Shown: piece after piece, positions 12,901-25,535 of the stretch
Numbering within the stretch: the first letter of the stretch is position 1
Layout: every line of letters starts with the position of its first letter
Source of the DNA: Eledone cirrhosa
Lineage: Eukaryota
NCBI GenBank assembly: GCA_964016885.1
Contig: OZ024743.1
Location: forward strand, 125,426,001-125,490,000
Reading direction: 5' to 3'
DNA: 64,000 nucleotides
Position numbers and translations under genes: made by a program
Notes under the pieces: model-generated
Database searches by the model: none
The model's input: only the letters and a program-made list of their open reading frames with translations
What the model was told of the DNA's origin: nothing

Positions 12901-15900
12901 GAGTTTCTAAATGAATGGGAGACATTACTGTCTTGTGATTTGTCATGGTCATAAGAAGTAGATGATTTGCTGTGATATTTCTGATATGAAATGTCCCTAT
13001 CTTTATCATAAGAAATACGTCTATGATTATCATCTGATTTTAGTTGAGTATCTGAAGAATATTTATCAGGAGAATTTGGAGATCTAAACATGTTTCTTCT
13101 ATCTCCAAACCTCTCTCTATTTCTACTTGTAAATTCAGCAGGTTTCTTAGAATCCATATATCTATATTGATAGGAACCGTGCTTCTCTCTTTCAACTTTT
13201 TCCGCTTTTCTCATCATTGATTCCAGTTTTTTTAAAGACTTGAAAGAAAAGGACAAAAAACAGATTAAAAAAATATATTTTTGATACTGAAATCAATAAA
13301 AATAACAAACATAATATACTATAATTGTTTTTAAGTCTACTTTTCCATGCTTAGATGGGTTGGATGAGACATTTTTAAAGTAATATTTTACAGCTAGATG
13401 CCCTCCCCGGTAGAGGCATGTGACCTAGTGGTAAGAGTGTTGGACTTACTATCATAATGTCGTGGGTTCAATTCCTGGACTGGGTTGTGTTCTTGAGCAA
13501 AAACACTTCATTTCACATTGTTACACTTTACTCAGCTGAAAATGAGTACCATCAATAGATGAGGTTTACCCCTGTGATGGACTGGCTTTTTGTCCAGGAA
13601 TAAGTCTTGTACTCTCAGTTTCTTAACACCATGGAAACTAGGATAAGCACCAGCCTGATAAACATCCAGGCTCAAGACAGACTTAGATGCCCTCCCTAAG
13701 GCCAACATTTACTTATTTTTAATATTATGGTACTTAATCAACTGATCCTCACCCATCAGACTGCCAAGCTGCAGTACATAAACAAACATTCCCATCTGCA
13801 AAAGCTGTGACAATTACAAAGCAAGGACATACATAGGGACAAACACACACACATCTACCATGAGCTTACAAACAGCCTCCATCTTCCAAATTTCACTCAC
13901 AAAGCCTTTAATGCTATAGTAGAAGGTACTTTCCGTGGGACTGAACCCAAAGCTTTGTAGTTACTAAGTAAATGCACATCAATGAAATAATCTAATGGAA
14001 AGGCATGTGTCAATATGTATAGTTCCAGTGATGTTGCACAAGTTGCCAGGATGTTGCTGATTACAGCCTGAACCTGCCTTAGGGATTCCAACTCAAAGAT
14101 TTTTCCTCAGGGTTGACTCCTGAAGCTTTCTGTATAAGTGTATATAGTCGCAAGGCAGCAGAGGTTTTAAATCAGTGTTTTCCTTCACTTTAGATAAATA
14201 TAAATACTTTAAAGTAAATAACTTTGTATTGAAGAACTAGAAACAGTTTCAGATCATTTGGCATTAAAAAGGGTTGATAAAAGCCACTTACACCCCATCT
14301 TTCTGCAACAACATCTTCTAAACTTTGACCAGTCTCTTCAGCTTGTTCCTGGCATCTTTTATATGACTTCCTCAGCCAAGAAATATGTGGCACAACTGTT
14401 TCTTTTTTGTCTTCTTCTGGTAACCCTGTCCCACCATCTTTCCAAAATGGGTTTAGTTCTCGTTCCTGTTGCACTAGCTGACAAAATTGAAAAAAATATT
14501 CTATTAATCATATTCTGGATATGTAGAAAATAAATAACCAGATGTTTATAAGGTTTTAACATTTTAAAAAATCATTATCATCATCACTTTACATCCATTT
14601 TCCATGTATGTTTATGTCCAACAATTCTTAATAACAGGGTCAACGAGTTCTTGCTGCAAACTACTTGAAAATATAGTTCAGTTAATTAATGAAGAATTCT
14701 GAAGGATTTACTAAAATGATTAATTGTTCAATTACTAAAATAGTAATTTAACATATGGTTCTTATATCAAATTCTGTTGTAATACTTTTATTTAAATACA
14801 AACCCCTTGAAATGTTGAATTTGGTCCAATAATATATTCTCATAGAATCACACTTTGTTAAAGAAACCCATGTACAAGATATATCATATAAATATTAAGA
14901 CAGAAGTGAAGAATAAAAAGAAATTAATATGTTGATTTCTTTTTTTGTTGATCACCTTTTGGTGAGTTAAGTGTCATCTGCAAATTCCAGTGAACTGATC
15001 CTACACCTCCCAGTATCAATAACACTTCCAGCACAGCTGCGCATATCAATCCTGTTCATGAAGGTTATGAACAGGAGAGGTGAGAGTATGCACTCTTAGC
15101 AGAGTCTGACCCACATTAAATAGTTTCAATTTAGCACCATTTATCCGAACACAAATAGTAGAACATTCGTATAGAGATATCAGAGTAACAAGCTGTCCTT
15201 CGATCCCATACTCTCGCAGAACCTTCCACAGCAAGTCATGTGGAATGCAGTTGTATGCCTTTTCAAGGTTTACAAAGCAAGCATACACCTCTTGGCAGTA
15301 CTGCCACGATTCCTCAAAGACCTGCCACAGTGTGAATACTTGCTCGGCTATGCTGTATCCAGGACAAAAGTCACACCGTCAGGTAGCTTGGACTCAACAA
15401 TCTCCCAACATCTCTTTGCCAGACACTTAGCATGGACTTTACAGAGGAGGCTTACCAAGGAGATCCCTCTATAATTGGAGCAATTTCTCTTGTCTCCCTT
15501 TTTGAAAATACAAGCAGCCGAAATGGAGTTCTCTGAGAGCAAAGAATCGCTCCAGGTAAAGCCACTACTTTTCCAAATTGAGAGATCACAGCTTCAGTAC
15601 TATGGGCATGGGGTTAGAATGCCTCAAAAAAGAATCACTAGACAAATTTTATGGGCAAAACCAACTAGCAGGAGACCTAGATGTAGACACTGAGCAAGAT
15701 GTTTGGATAACTTCCATGAGCTCGACTGGTCTCACATAGGAATCCAGTCGTGAGATGGTAGTTTCTGATAGGTGTGCTTGAAGAATCTACCCCAACGGAA
15801 GAGGTGATTTTTTTTACCTCTAATTTTTTCTTCTCTTCTTCCTTCTTAGCATTTTTCAATTGGTTTTTCTCCTGTCTTATTTGGTGGAGGCTTACAGTTG

Positions 15901-18900
15901 GCAATGCATCAAATCCCATTTCCATCCAGTCGTCTCTCTACAAAACAGAATATGTATAAAATTATATGATATTGTATGATAACCAGTGTCATTACATTCT
16001 CGCTATATATATATTGAATTGGGCTTTCATAGTTCTGCCACCTAAATAGAATACACTTTACTAAGGAAATGTAATAAGACCGAAACATGTCTTATGCTTT
16101 TATTTCAGTGACACCCATACTGCATTCTCTAAAATTTCAGTTAATCAATTTTATTGGAGTTATCTATCGCTCTTACTTAATGTTTTTAAATTTCAAAAAC
16201 TCCACTGGGTTACACAATACATTTTTCTCCAACGTTTTCAATCTTCTACTCTACTAAGGATGAAAGGGTTAAGTAAATAATATACAAACCTTTAATGGTG
16301 CAGCTGAAGGAGGTTTTGTTTCAGGAACTTCAGTAGGCTTTTCAACCCATTGGCATTCATTATTTGAACTTTCCTAAATATATATAATAAATAATCTCTT
16401 TTTTATAAATTTCAAGTTAATATGAGACAATCATTATCATTTAACATCTGTTTTTTCATATTGGCATAAGCTGGATAAATCATCACAGACCAAGTGAGTA
16501 CTTAATTAAAGTTACCAGAGGTCACATCTCATTTATACACCTTTCAGTTTTGGCATCTCTTGTCAATTACATTTGAGTGTAGTGGGTGAATTGTTTTATT
16601 GTAACACCAGCATTAGAGAGGTTGGTATGCTCTTGATGTAGCTTGAGTCCTCTCAACCCTTTATTAAGCATTGTTTCCACAGCTGAATACCCTTCCTAAC
16701 ACTAACCACTTCACAGTATAAAACAAAAAAAAATTGACAACTAAAAACCATATGAAGGAAATGAAAGCATCACATAATACTGTCCAATAAAGTTTGGGTT
16801 TTCATAAAATTCAGCAACAAAGTTAAGTGATGACCTTAATTCAGATGTACTGATCACATTTAAAATCAGTTTAGTCTGTGCACCCCACAATTTAATGGAA
16901 AGTGCCATATAGTGGGATGGTACCCCAAACCACATAGTTGCGAAGTGAACTTCTTTACGAGACAGCTATTCCTGCACCGAGTAATAACATATTGTTAGTT
17001 GCTAAGCAAAAACAGACCAGTTATAGCAACAGTTCTAGAAATAGCAACTAACATGTTGAACTAAGTAACCATGACAAATTTTTAGAAAGAAATTTAATAT
17101 TTACCGTATCAGATGATTCTGATTCATGACACCGTTTCTTCTCTTTTTTGTGTTTCTTCTTTTTCTTCTCTTTCTTTGATTTCTTTGACTTAATATGCTG
17201 CTCACTCTATAATATCATATAAATTCAATGATTAAAATATGACAAAATACTAACCACATGATAAAGATATTAATATTTCAAGACAGAATTATCACTCTCA
17301 ATCATCTGGCTTTTATCACCATGACACATCTCAAAATTGTAACATCCACCTTTCAACCTGGACCCCAGTCATTAACACACCCAACAAACATCCTATGAGA
17401 TGCAATCTCATTGAAGGCCAGTTAAATCTATGCGGGTTTGAGCCATAACTACAAAAGTAACCTTTCAGCCTTAATTTTCATTCATTAAAGTAATAATTAT
17501 TTCTAACAAGTACAAAGCTTACCAAAGTAGAGAAATAGAATATTGCAATTGCCCTGCTTTTTTTAAGATCTGTTCTTAGCATTAATGAAGCAGTTTCAAC
17601 TGGTAATTGGAATTGAATTCTGGCATCTCATTGCCTGAGAATAAACTAGTGTATTAAGTCAAAGTATTTTAGAAAAGACATTAATTTACATACTAGAGTT
17701 GCTCCAAAATCAATGAATTAGACTAACCAATCACACCAAACATCTGGTATTTTAAACCAATGATTGTGAATGTTCAGAAGAATGAGGTATGGAAATACTA
17801 TGAGAGGTTTCTGAATTAAGAGAATGCAAAGGAAAGAAAAGAACTACTCCAAAAAGAACCAATGGAAGAACCAACTATTTAAATTGGCAGATATACAGTC
17901 AAAATGGCCTTTGAAATCACCGTGCTACAGGAGACCTGTCTAATCCCTGCAATCATGGAAAAAATAGATAGGAAATGATGGTGATAAATGATACTTACTT
18001 CTTTATCAATTCTCTCCAATACAGATGGCAACATCCAGTCATCGTATCCTTTTTTTTTAGAAATTTCTTTTTTTCTTTCAACTTTTTCATAATCAGATTT
18101 TGCCTTTAAAAAAGATTAATTTTGAAATTCAAAACTACAAAAAAGTAAAATCCATTGTAATAAAATGTTACTATCATTTCTAATGTCAGTTCTATCAACC
18201 TACAAAAATTATTTATTATTGTGGATTGGCAATATCGGTAGAGTGTCGGACTCCATGCTTTGCAGCATAGAGTTACGGCCCGTTACGTTCTGAGTTCAAA
18301 TCCTGTCGAGATTAACTTTGCCTTTCATCCTTACAGGGTCAATAAAACAAAGCACCAGTAATATAGTGGAATAATTGTTGGCCTTGTGCCAAAAGTAGAA
18401 ACAATTATTATTATTAAACATCCCTTTACATTTGAGTTTAAATTTCACCAAGGTTAGCTTTGCTTTTTTCGCTTATGGGGTCAATAAAATAAAGCACCAG
18501 TAATGCACTGGAGTCGATTTAATCAACTTTCCCTACCCTCAAAACTTTTCGATTTGTGTCTAAATCAGAAACCTTTATTATTAAATAAATTATAAATTAT
18601 TATTATTTTCTCATTCCAACCACTTTTTTTTTTTATCTTAACTAAACTACTATATTATAATCGAGTATGACTTAGCTATAACATGTGCCCATGCAGTCCC
18701 AAGCAAACATAGACACCCACTCGACCCTCCCTACTTTAATACAACAGAACATCCAGGATATGACAGCTAGAAAGAAAGAGGGCTGCACCAGCCCTGGGCT
18801 GGCATTTTCTTTATTGATCCCAAAAGGATGAAAAGACAATAGACCTCGGTGGGATTTAACCCTTTAGCATTCATATTACTCTATATTTACTATTGTATTT

Positions 18901-20583
18901 TCACAGTAAAGGCTTTACCTCACATAATATCGAATCTATGAGATTTTGATATTATTTATTTTGAGAACAATACCTTAACATAAGTATGAGGGGGCCAGTT
19001 ATAGCCAGTTTGGACAGAAAGAGGTGAGAGAATTCTGGCCAGTTTAAATGCTAATGAGTTAAACTCAGAACACAGACTTGAAACGAATATCCAACGCTCT
19101 AATGTCTCTGTCAAATTGACTGCCTTTAATAACTCTAAATGCATTACCTTAGGTAAAAATTAATTAAAAGCAATTTAACTAACACACTCCACAAAATTTG
19201 TTTAATATATGATGCACAAAACAAATAAGGAAGTTATGAGTTAATGGCTTCACTAGAGCAAACACATCAACTAAATTTTCTCAAAAATTCCTACTGATTC
19301 ATTTAAATTATCTACATATTGTGTACATTCAGTAGAGATCACTCCAAGTCAAACATTAGGTTCAGGTTTCCAGTTTGAGAATAACTTCCTACTTTCCTCA
19401 TACCAGTTTTGGAGACCTTAAAATAAATCACAGGCACTGACAAGCTGATGATCACAAGTTGTTGAAGAATCCAACAGGTTTGTCATTGAATCTGTAGCAG
19501 TGGGAACTTTCAGCATTCTTGGCCCTACTCAGTTATTGGGGCAAAGTTGGCCACCTACAGCAGTGATCCCCCGTAACTTGGAATGGTTACTTCAACGCGT
19601 TTCCGTCATTATCCTCTGGACAGTCTGCTAGGACCATGAGGCGGCTTGCACCTGTGGTTCTACATGCAAGAAAACATTCTCCCACACTGTCCGAACTTGT
19701 ATCATTGTGGTAGCGATGATTGTGCACTGACCATCCTCATGTGACTAAGCTATAAATTAATTTGGACGTGCAGAATAACCAAGCCACAAGAAAGAAATGG
19801 CTTAACATAAAGATAATCATGGTATAAAATTACACTTCTGACATCATGTAAGATTTACAAGCAGTATAACTGATGGAAATGTTGAGGTTGAACACTACTA
19901 ATATTGAAGCTGCAGGGGGATGGGTTGTGCAGATGTAATTGCCCGGACACGGAAGGTGAAGGGTCAAATCGAGAAATGCGTCTAAAGACTGGGGTACTAA
20001 CTCAACATTTGTTGCTAATATATATGGATAATTAACGATAGGTTGGTGGATTAGTAAAAGCTTGCGTTATTTAATTATGTCTCTTTATGTTCTGAGCCCA
20101 CATTCAGTTATGGTTGATAAAATAGGTACCAGTCTAGTACTGGTTCGATATAATCGACTATACAATGACCCGCAAATTTGAGGGTTTGAGACTAGGCTAC
20201 AAATAAATATGTAACTGCTAACGACAAACGATCTAAAAAGGAAAACATGTAGGAGATTATGATTGTGAAATTACCAAAAATTAAAACAATGTAGAACATT
20301 TGAAACGAAAAACAATTTACACGGGTTATCTTGTATTTTATCTGAGGGTTTGTAAACTACATTTGAGAATTAATATAACATACGACTGAGAGAAGGGATT
20401 GTTTAGCAATTTATGTGTGTTCGCTGACAAAGGTTTCAGTTCTCACAGTAAAAATCAAGATACCCGTTAATATTACTAATGAAAACTTAAATGAACCTTT
20501 TTAATAATATCTTTTCGAGCCTCTCTCAATTGCTCCCGTTCTGCATCTATTGCATAACAACTTTTAAATGCAATTGGTTCCAT
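3040..20583 (-). CDS. CWF19L2: CWF19-like protein 2 (spliceosome-associated), 13 coding exons in window, 3' part lies beyond the left edge
   Basis: Exons 20497-20583, 17999-18103, 17105-17206, 16290-16373, 15818-15937, 14292-14477, 12626-13238, 11474-11652, 9520-9720, 5654-5728, 5473-5538, 4549-4663 and 3040-3128 join in frame (about 674 codons) with GT-AG introns. Motifs [54 protein letters not shown] and [13 protein letters not shown] match CWF19L2 as recalled. Confidence 0.95.
3449..4118. mobile_element. Penelope-like relic with inverted ~160-bp arms
   Basis: 3449-3610 is the reverse complement of 3958-4118; the spacer encodes [27 protein letters not shown] (GIY-YIG C-terminus-like) on the minus strand. 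Confidence 0.7.
4549..4663 (-). CDS. CWF19L2: CWF19L2 exon 12 ([22 protein letters not shown]...KARAIF)
   Basis: cttcag| acceptor, |gtaagt donor, 115 nt, phase 1. Confidence 0.94.
5473..5538 (-). CDS. CWF19L2: CWF19L2 exon 11 ([22 protein letters not shown])
   Basis: ttttag| acceptor, |gtaggt donor, 66 nt. Confidence 0.94.
5654..5728 (-). CDS. CWF19L2: CWF19L2 exon 10 ([25 protein letters not shown])
   Basis: ttccag| acceptor, |gtaaga donor, YFHDDD motif. Confidence 0.94.
7040..7347 (-). mobile_element. SINE family A
   Basis: Reverse complement of 34228-34562 with an internal variant. Confidence 0.85.
7415..8402 (+). mobile_element. 5'-truncated RTE family-1 LINE
   Basis: ORF 7492..8154 is highly similar to 49437..49874; same 3' UTR and (GAT)n tail. 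Confidence 0.93.
8505..8839 (-). mobile_element. SINE family A
   Basis: Near-identical reverse complement of 34228-34562. Confidence 0.88.
9520..9720 (-). CDS. CWF19L2: CWF19L2 exon 9 ([10 protein letters not shown]...[15 protein letters not shown]...KKI)
   Basis: tttcag| acceptor, |gtaaat donor, 201 nt. Confidence 0.92.
10113..10401. mobile_element. hAT (Charlie-like) MITE
   Basis: TIRs CAGGCATAGGCAACC and GGTTGCCCGTGACTG; imperfect 8-bp TSD GTCTAGAG/GTCCAGAA. Confidence 0.7.
10440..10910 (-). mobile_element. Decayed CR1/Jockey-like LINE 3' fragment
   Basis: Minus-strand remnants such as AFRL and YGLCSSEL resemble LINE ORF2 C-termini; frameshifted. Confidence 0.5.
11474..11652 (-). CDS. 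CWF19L2: CWF19L2 exon 8 (...[23 protein letters not shown])
   Basis: aag| acceptor, |gtaagt donor, 179 nt restores phase 0. Confidence 0.92.
12626..13238 (-). CDS. CWF19L2: CWF19L2 exon 7 (large low-complexity S/R/K/D-rich exon)
   Basis: Lies within ORF 12615..13256; polypyrimidine tract plus aag| acceptor, |gtaggt donor, 613 nt, phase 1. Confidence 0.9.
14292..14477 (-). CDS. CWF19L2: CWF19L2 exon 6 ([20 protein letters not shown]...AERWG)
   Basis: cag| acceptor, |gtaagt donor, 186 nt, signature [14 protein letters not shown]. Confidence 0.96.
14950..15780. mobile_element. RTE family-2 LINE fragment with inverted 5' part
   Basis: RT segment on the minus strand (about 14950-15510: [26 protein letters not shown]) abuts the 3' segment on the plus strand (15510-15780: [22 protein letters not shown]). 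Confidence 0.8.
15818..15937 (-). CDS. CWF19L2: CWF19L2 exon 5 ([16 protein letters not shown]...KKKLE)
   Basis: ttttgtag| acceptor, |gtaaaa donor, 120 nt, RDxWM motif. Confidence 0.92.
16290..16373 (-). CDS. CWF19L2: CWF19L2 exon 4 ([28 protein letters not shown])
   Basis: tag| acceptor, |gtttgt donor, 84 nt, WVE motif. Confidence 0.88.
17105..17206 (-). CDS. CWF19L2: CWF19L2 exon 3 (Lys-rich, [21 protein letters not shown]...SSDT)
   Basis: tag| acceptor, |gtaa donor, 102 nt in frame. Confidence 0.9.
17999..18103 (-). CDS. CWF19L2: CWF19L2 exon 2 ([35 protein letters not shown])
   Basis: aag| acceptor, |gtaagt donor, 105 nt, conserved DxWMLP. Confidence 0.93.
18860..19058. mobile_element. 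piggyBac-like MITE inserted in a SINE
   Basis: TTAA|CCCTTTAGCATT...AATGCTAATGAG|TTAA; splits the SINE B-box GGGATTTAA/ACTCAGAA. Confidence 0.75.
19430..19640 (+). mobile_element. Decayed CRE-type 3' fragment
   Basis: [12 protein letters not shown], then after a frameshift [25 protein letters not shown]. Confidence 0.55.
20497..20583 (-). CDS. CWF19L2: CWF19L2 coding exon 1 ([29 protein letters not shown])
   Basis: ATG at 20583, 29 codons, donor AAG|GTTCAT, phase 0 fits exon 2. Confidence 0.85.
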
Positions 20584-21499
20584 TTTCAAATTCAATGTTT
20601 TCACAGGAAGTAGTTCTTTATACCGGTGTAGCAGGTTACATTTTAAACGGTGTTTAATCAAATATGAAACCAGTTACATTTTTACCTACACGCTAAACTT
20701 ACGATTTATTGTTATTAATATTTCCTTAATCATTTTCCCCAATCGAAGTTGATGGCTATGGATTCGCAAATTCCTTAATATTTTTATCATATGAGCTTCT
20801 TTTCATCTGCTCAACAATGATACATGTATGGAAATCGTTAGGAAATTAATAAGTTCATTTTTTAGTAAATTTTGGATAAAACATCCGTTTCCAGTTCTGT
20901 TAGAAATTTCTTTCCCCGTTTTTTTTTTTCGTGTGCTTTCAATTAATTTAACCTCCGAAAGAGTTACAAACGACTTTTTTTTTCCATAAAAAGAGGACAG
21001 GGGGATCCTTGGAGTGTTCTTTCAGAGGATTTTATTTTTCTCTTCCATGTTATTTCGTGTGTTTTCAACAAACAAAAATTCGAAATTACACAAAGACTGA
21101 AGTGAAGGAGGGTCAAAGTAATGGTGGGAATGAAAGGTTTTGAAAATACCTTATGCTGTTGTAAGACTTCCCTTGTCTTCTTCCTCTGATTGTGAGTGAT
21201 CCTCCTGATTGCTAACTATTTGATGGTGGCGATCCGAAAGAGGTGGATATAATATGGCTGCCTCAAGAAAGAATTTGTGCAACAGACTGTCTTCATCTTC
21301 AATTAAAGTCCTAAACAAATATCTGGCGAGATACTATTGCAGTTATTTCGTGCGAGTATCTGTCCTTTCAACCGACTTTTATATCCCTCCAAAACCTTTC
21401 CATATTATTTTTTCTCTCTCCGACAATAGCTTATCTGACTTTAATAGAAAGTATTCATAGCCCAAATGGCGGCCATGGCTCCTGCCATACCCTAGTTAT

Positions 21500-24400
21500 G
21501 CTTCTGCTTGGAAATAAGTCCTCCTTGCACATACAGTACAAGCAGGTGTAAAAAGCCGTAGCAGGGACAGTAAAGACGTCCAAAGTTAAGCCATGAGAGG
21601 ACTTTGGGGTTAAGGTGGAATCCGACTTCAGATCAGTAAATAAAGTGTTCAGTCGACTTTATAATAATAAGTCTTCCTCCTGCTTGCTATCAGGAACCGC
21701 TCCAGTAATTCTTGCTCTTAATTCAGCCTCCTGTCTTCCATCACTCAAGAACATGGCCCCGAGATACTTGAATTTCTTCACCTGCTTCAATGGAACTCCA
21801 TTCACATGTGTGCAGTACACAGACTTCTTTGAGAGGACGAGTGTCTCAACACTGATTTTGATTCCAGCCGTGCAGCACTTGACATCAAACCTATCAAGTG
21901 CATGTTGGAAATCAACTTTTGCGAGTTAAGTAATACCATGCAAATTCCAGCCGACTGATCCTACACCTGCCACTCATAATATTACTTCTAACGTCAATCT
22001 TGTTCATGAACATAATGAACAGGAGAGTTGACAGTAAGCACCCATGGTGGAGTCCGACACCCACATTAAATGATTTCGATTTAGTACAATTTATCCGAAC
22101 ACAAATACTCGAGAAATTGTACAGAGATATCAGGGTACCATGAAGTTGACCATCAGTTTTGCAGAACCTTCCACAGCAAATCCGCGGACCGCAGTCGTAT
22201 GCCTTTTTGAGGCCTACAAAGCAAGAATACACACCTTGGTAGTACTGCCATGATTTCTCGATGATCTGCCGTAGTGTGTATATTTGCTCGGCTGTGCTGC
22301 GTCCGGGCGAAAACCACACTGTTCATCAGTTAGCTTGGACTCGACAATCTCCCTATATCTCTATTCCAGACACTTAGCATCTTAGCATTCACTTTACTGG
22401 GGAGGCTTAACAAGGAAACCTCTCTATAATTGGAACAATGTCTCTTGTCTTCCTTTTTGAAAATTGGGATTATCACTCCCGACTGCCATTGTTTAGGTGC
22501 CTTTCCAGAGATCCAGGCTTCCCAGCACACACGAGTTAGCTAGATAATACATTCTCTATTTGAGGCTTCTAGCATCTTGGACTGAATTCCATCATACCCA
22601 GCGGCCTTGCCACATTTGAGCTCTTTAACTGCTCTTGTGACCTCAGCCTCTGAGAGATTAGTCACTGCTCCCAGATGCACCTCATGTACATCAAATGTTG
22701 TTGAGATCAGCAAAGTACTCTCTCCCCCTCGTGAAGATACAACTCTTTGAAAAGAGAACACCAGATGCGTTCCTGATAGCAGGTGTGAAGGAGGACTTCG
22801 TATTACGACGTCGGTGGATGGTCGGCCAGAACACTTTATTTGCTGATCTGAAATCTGATTCCAGCTTAACCCCAAAGTCCTCACATCTCTTAACATTGGA
22901 TGCCTTTACTGTCTCTGCTACGACTTTTCACACCTGCTTGTGCTGCAAGTGTAAGGAGGGGGGCTTATTTTCAAGCTAAGTTTTGTAGGCTTCCTTCTTT
23001 GCTCAAATGACATTTTTGACCTCTTGATTAAAGCAAGGGGTGCTCCTGTCATCACGCGTCACACTAAGCCTCTTTCGCCCACAATATTTAAAAGTTGAAG
23101 CAGAAACTGTCGAGCTGAGCAATCTCCACCCTGTTTCATGTCCTCAGTTTGCTGAAGTTCTTTATATTTGGATGCAATAGTATCTGCATACTTAGTCCTG
23201 ACTTCCTTATCCACCAATACTTCCCACTTTATCCTGTAGGTTGACCTGGACCTTTCAGTTTTGTGGGCTTCTTTGGCTTTAGGTAGTCTCAAGTTACAGA
23301 TAAATAGATGATCAGTTGACAGCTCAGCCCCTCTCTTAACACGAACATCCAGCACAGAATGAAGAGATCCGAGACAATAAGAAGATCATTTCTCTCCTTT
23401 TCTTTTTTTCTTTTTTTTTCTTTTCTTTTTTATTACTTGTCTCACTATATCTTCATGATTACCAACTGTAAGGAGTTCTCGATACTTCCCAGAGTCTGTC
23501 ATGGCTTACTAGCTCTATACGAGCGTTTGAATTGCATAAATAAATAAATGATCTCTGTTCCTGAATCTCCTTATACCATGTATATTTATGGATGTCTCTG
23601 TGCTAGAAGAAGGTATAGGAAAGATGAGAAGTTAAATATTACATATCTTTTTATAACAAGTTGAAATCTTTCAAGGATCTTGTTTTTACAAACAATAAGA
23701 AAAATACCTTAGTCGATGAGTTTGTTGCTTCGTACTTGCAGCAACATGCTTCTGACTTCCATCTCTTTAACGCTCAATCCTCTATAAATATAAGTTTATT
23801 GTCGACAGTTGATTTTTCATACAGGCAATAGAATATCTCAATAGTAGATATGTCGTAGAAGAACAATTGACACAAAATAGAACATGGTTTGTCGATAACT
23901 GTTCTACTTCTTACAGGATTATGGAAGGAATATAGCAGGAGTCAACCTGTAATGTGTCTTCTCGCGTTCACAGTCCTCTTCACCTCCTCTTTTCGTGTAC
24001 AATGGTTTTTACGAGAAGGTGACAATGTATTCATACGCAACTTACCATTGGTCTGTTTAACCCAATTGCATATGAAAATGTTGCTATTGCGAGGTATGAC
24101 GTAGTTCCACTACGAAGGTATTCATAATAGAGAGCCCATTGCTAGAAGTCTAATAAGGCCTCACCATTCGTGTTTAGATCGGGATCACCGTTCCTTCCAA
24201 TTACTCCTTTCCATGTCAGGTGGCCAGTGCCAACATGTACACTGAAGTCTCCCATTAGGATATATGACTCAGTCATAACTATATCTAATGCTGCAGTGAC
24301 TGCAGCCAGGAAGGACCTGTATTCGGACTCTTTGTTTGGTGCATAAACTTGCACTAACCACAGAAACCTATCTTTCATCCTAAGCTTCATGAGGCAAATC

Positions 24401-24700
24401 CTCCTTCCTAATGGTGCCTAGTCCATAACACATTCTGACAGCCGGGTGGCTTGTAAGTATCTCCACTCCTGTCTGTGCAGTCATTTCTGGCACCACACCT
24501 GAATAGTGGAATTTCCATCATCCATCCAAATCTACAATACCAGAGCCACGGAATTTGAGGAAACCCCGACTATATCAAGCCGGTAGCATCTAGCTTCCTC
24601 TACTAGTTCTTGATCCTTACCTGTAAGGGCTGTTATGTTCTAGGTTCCAATTAAGGTTTGCTCCCTTTTGAACCTTCTTTGGGTCTCAGGATATGCAATC
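21500..24700 (-). mobile_element. Decayed RTE-clade LINE (family 2): APE endonuclease plus RT
   Basis: VQVYAPN, ILMGDF, VRVKRGAELSTDH, KAAGYDGI, PIFKKEDKRHCSNYR, GVGLHHGCLLS motifs spread over broken ORFs 21912-24390. Confidence 0.88.
23614..24114 (-). mobile_element. Solo LTR (same family as 34133-34870) inserted in an RTE endonuclease region
   Basis: Alignable with the 34133-34870 LTR; flanked by (G)AAGG direct repeat; removing it rejoins the LINE frame NGLSIMNTFF.HRDIHKYTWY. Confidence 0.85.
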
Positions 24701-24890
24701 TTTATGTGTCAATCCCATGTTTCTCAGGACAGGCCATAAGCCCATTGCCAGTTTTTACAGCATGAAATGGAGACTGCAGTATATTTTCTGAACAGGTCTT
24801 TCTACTTAAGACCTGAACGCGGCCCTTATTAAATCGCGCGAAGGACGATACAGTGCGATTCTTTTTGTTACCTTGCAGTTTTGGTGGTCT

Positions 24891-25376
24891 TTTAGAATAT
24901 TAGTATCAGTGTATAGATATTATTAAAAATAACAATAATTGCAGGTGCATGTTGTGACATGGTTTTACTTCACAGAAGTCAAATAAATTAATAGAAATAA
25001 TTTTTACCACATGTTGATGGTCAGTTGATCGCAACTCCCAGACTGGAGCGTGTAGAGAAAGAGAGAGAGAGAAGACAGGAGTCATCTCTTCATAAGACAG
25101 GATTCATCTCTAGGGAGAGAAAGCAGGAATCGTCTCTTGAAGGTTGAAGTCGTTCTTTTCAGCTGCGGCATAGGAAGTGAGAGAGAATTGCCTCACGTTC
25201 TCAAATATATAGTCCCCATGGGGACGTAACTCCATTTAGTACATGGATGTACCACTAGGGGTCACGACCGTCACAAAGGGACGCTTAGTTCATGGATGTG
25301 ACACTAGGGGTCACGACCGTCGCAAAGGGATGCAACTCTTATCCGTTTTGAGTTCCAACTGTAAGGGGTCGCTACA
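24891..25376 (-). repeat. 3' LTR of the CsRn1-type element
   Basis: Direct repeat of 32671-33198; internal ~49-bp tandem duplication. Confidence 0.95.
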
Positions 25377-25535
25377 GTACCCTCTTCCAGATGATAGGCG
25401 AAAAGCCCGAAGGTAATTGTAGCGAACCCACAAGCATGGGTTCCCAGCACAGGCATGAAATATTAACGAAAAGGTACATGTATACATAGTTCAATACAAT
25501 AAAGAGAAAAACAAAAAAAGGCTCCAGTGGCCAGT

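Noticed and set aside
20491-20497. Weak AAG|GTTC donors at the first coding intron of both genes (also 38273)
   Set aside because: Still canonical GT with a strong exonic AAG; two cases do not make a pattern.
21060-21460. Coding-looking stretch upstream of CWF19L2 (ORF 21254..21460)
   Set aside because: No motif I can recognise and no convincing splice pattern; probably a decayed repeat.
25236-25335. CRISPR-like or regulatory repeat array
   Set aside because: Two ~49-bp tandem units with no spacers, present in both LTRs; an ordinary U3 duplication in eukaryotic DNA.
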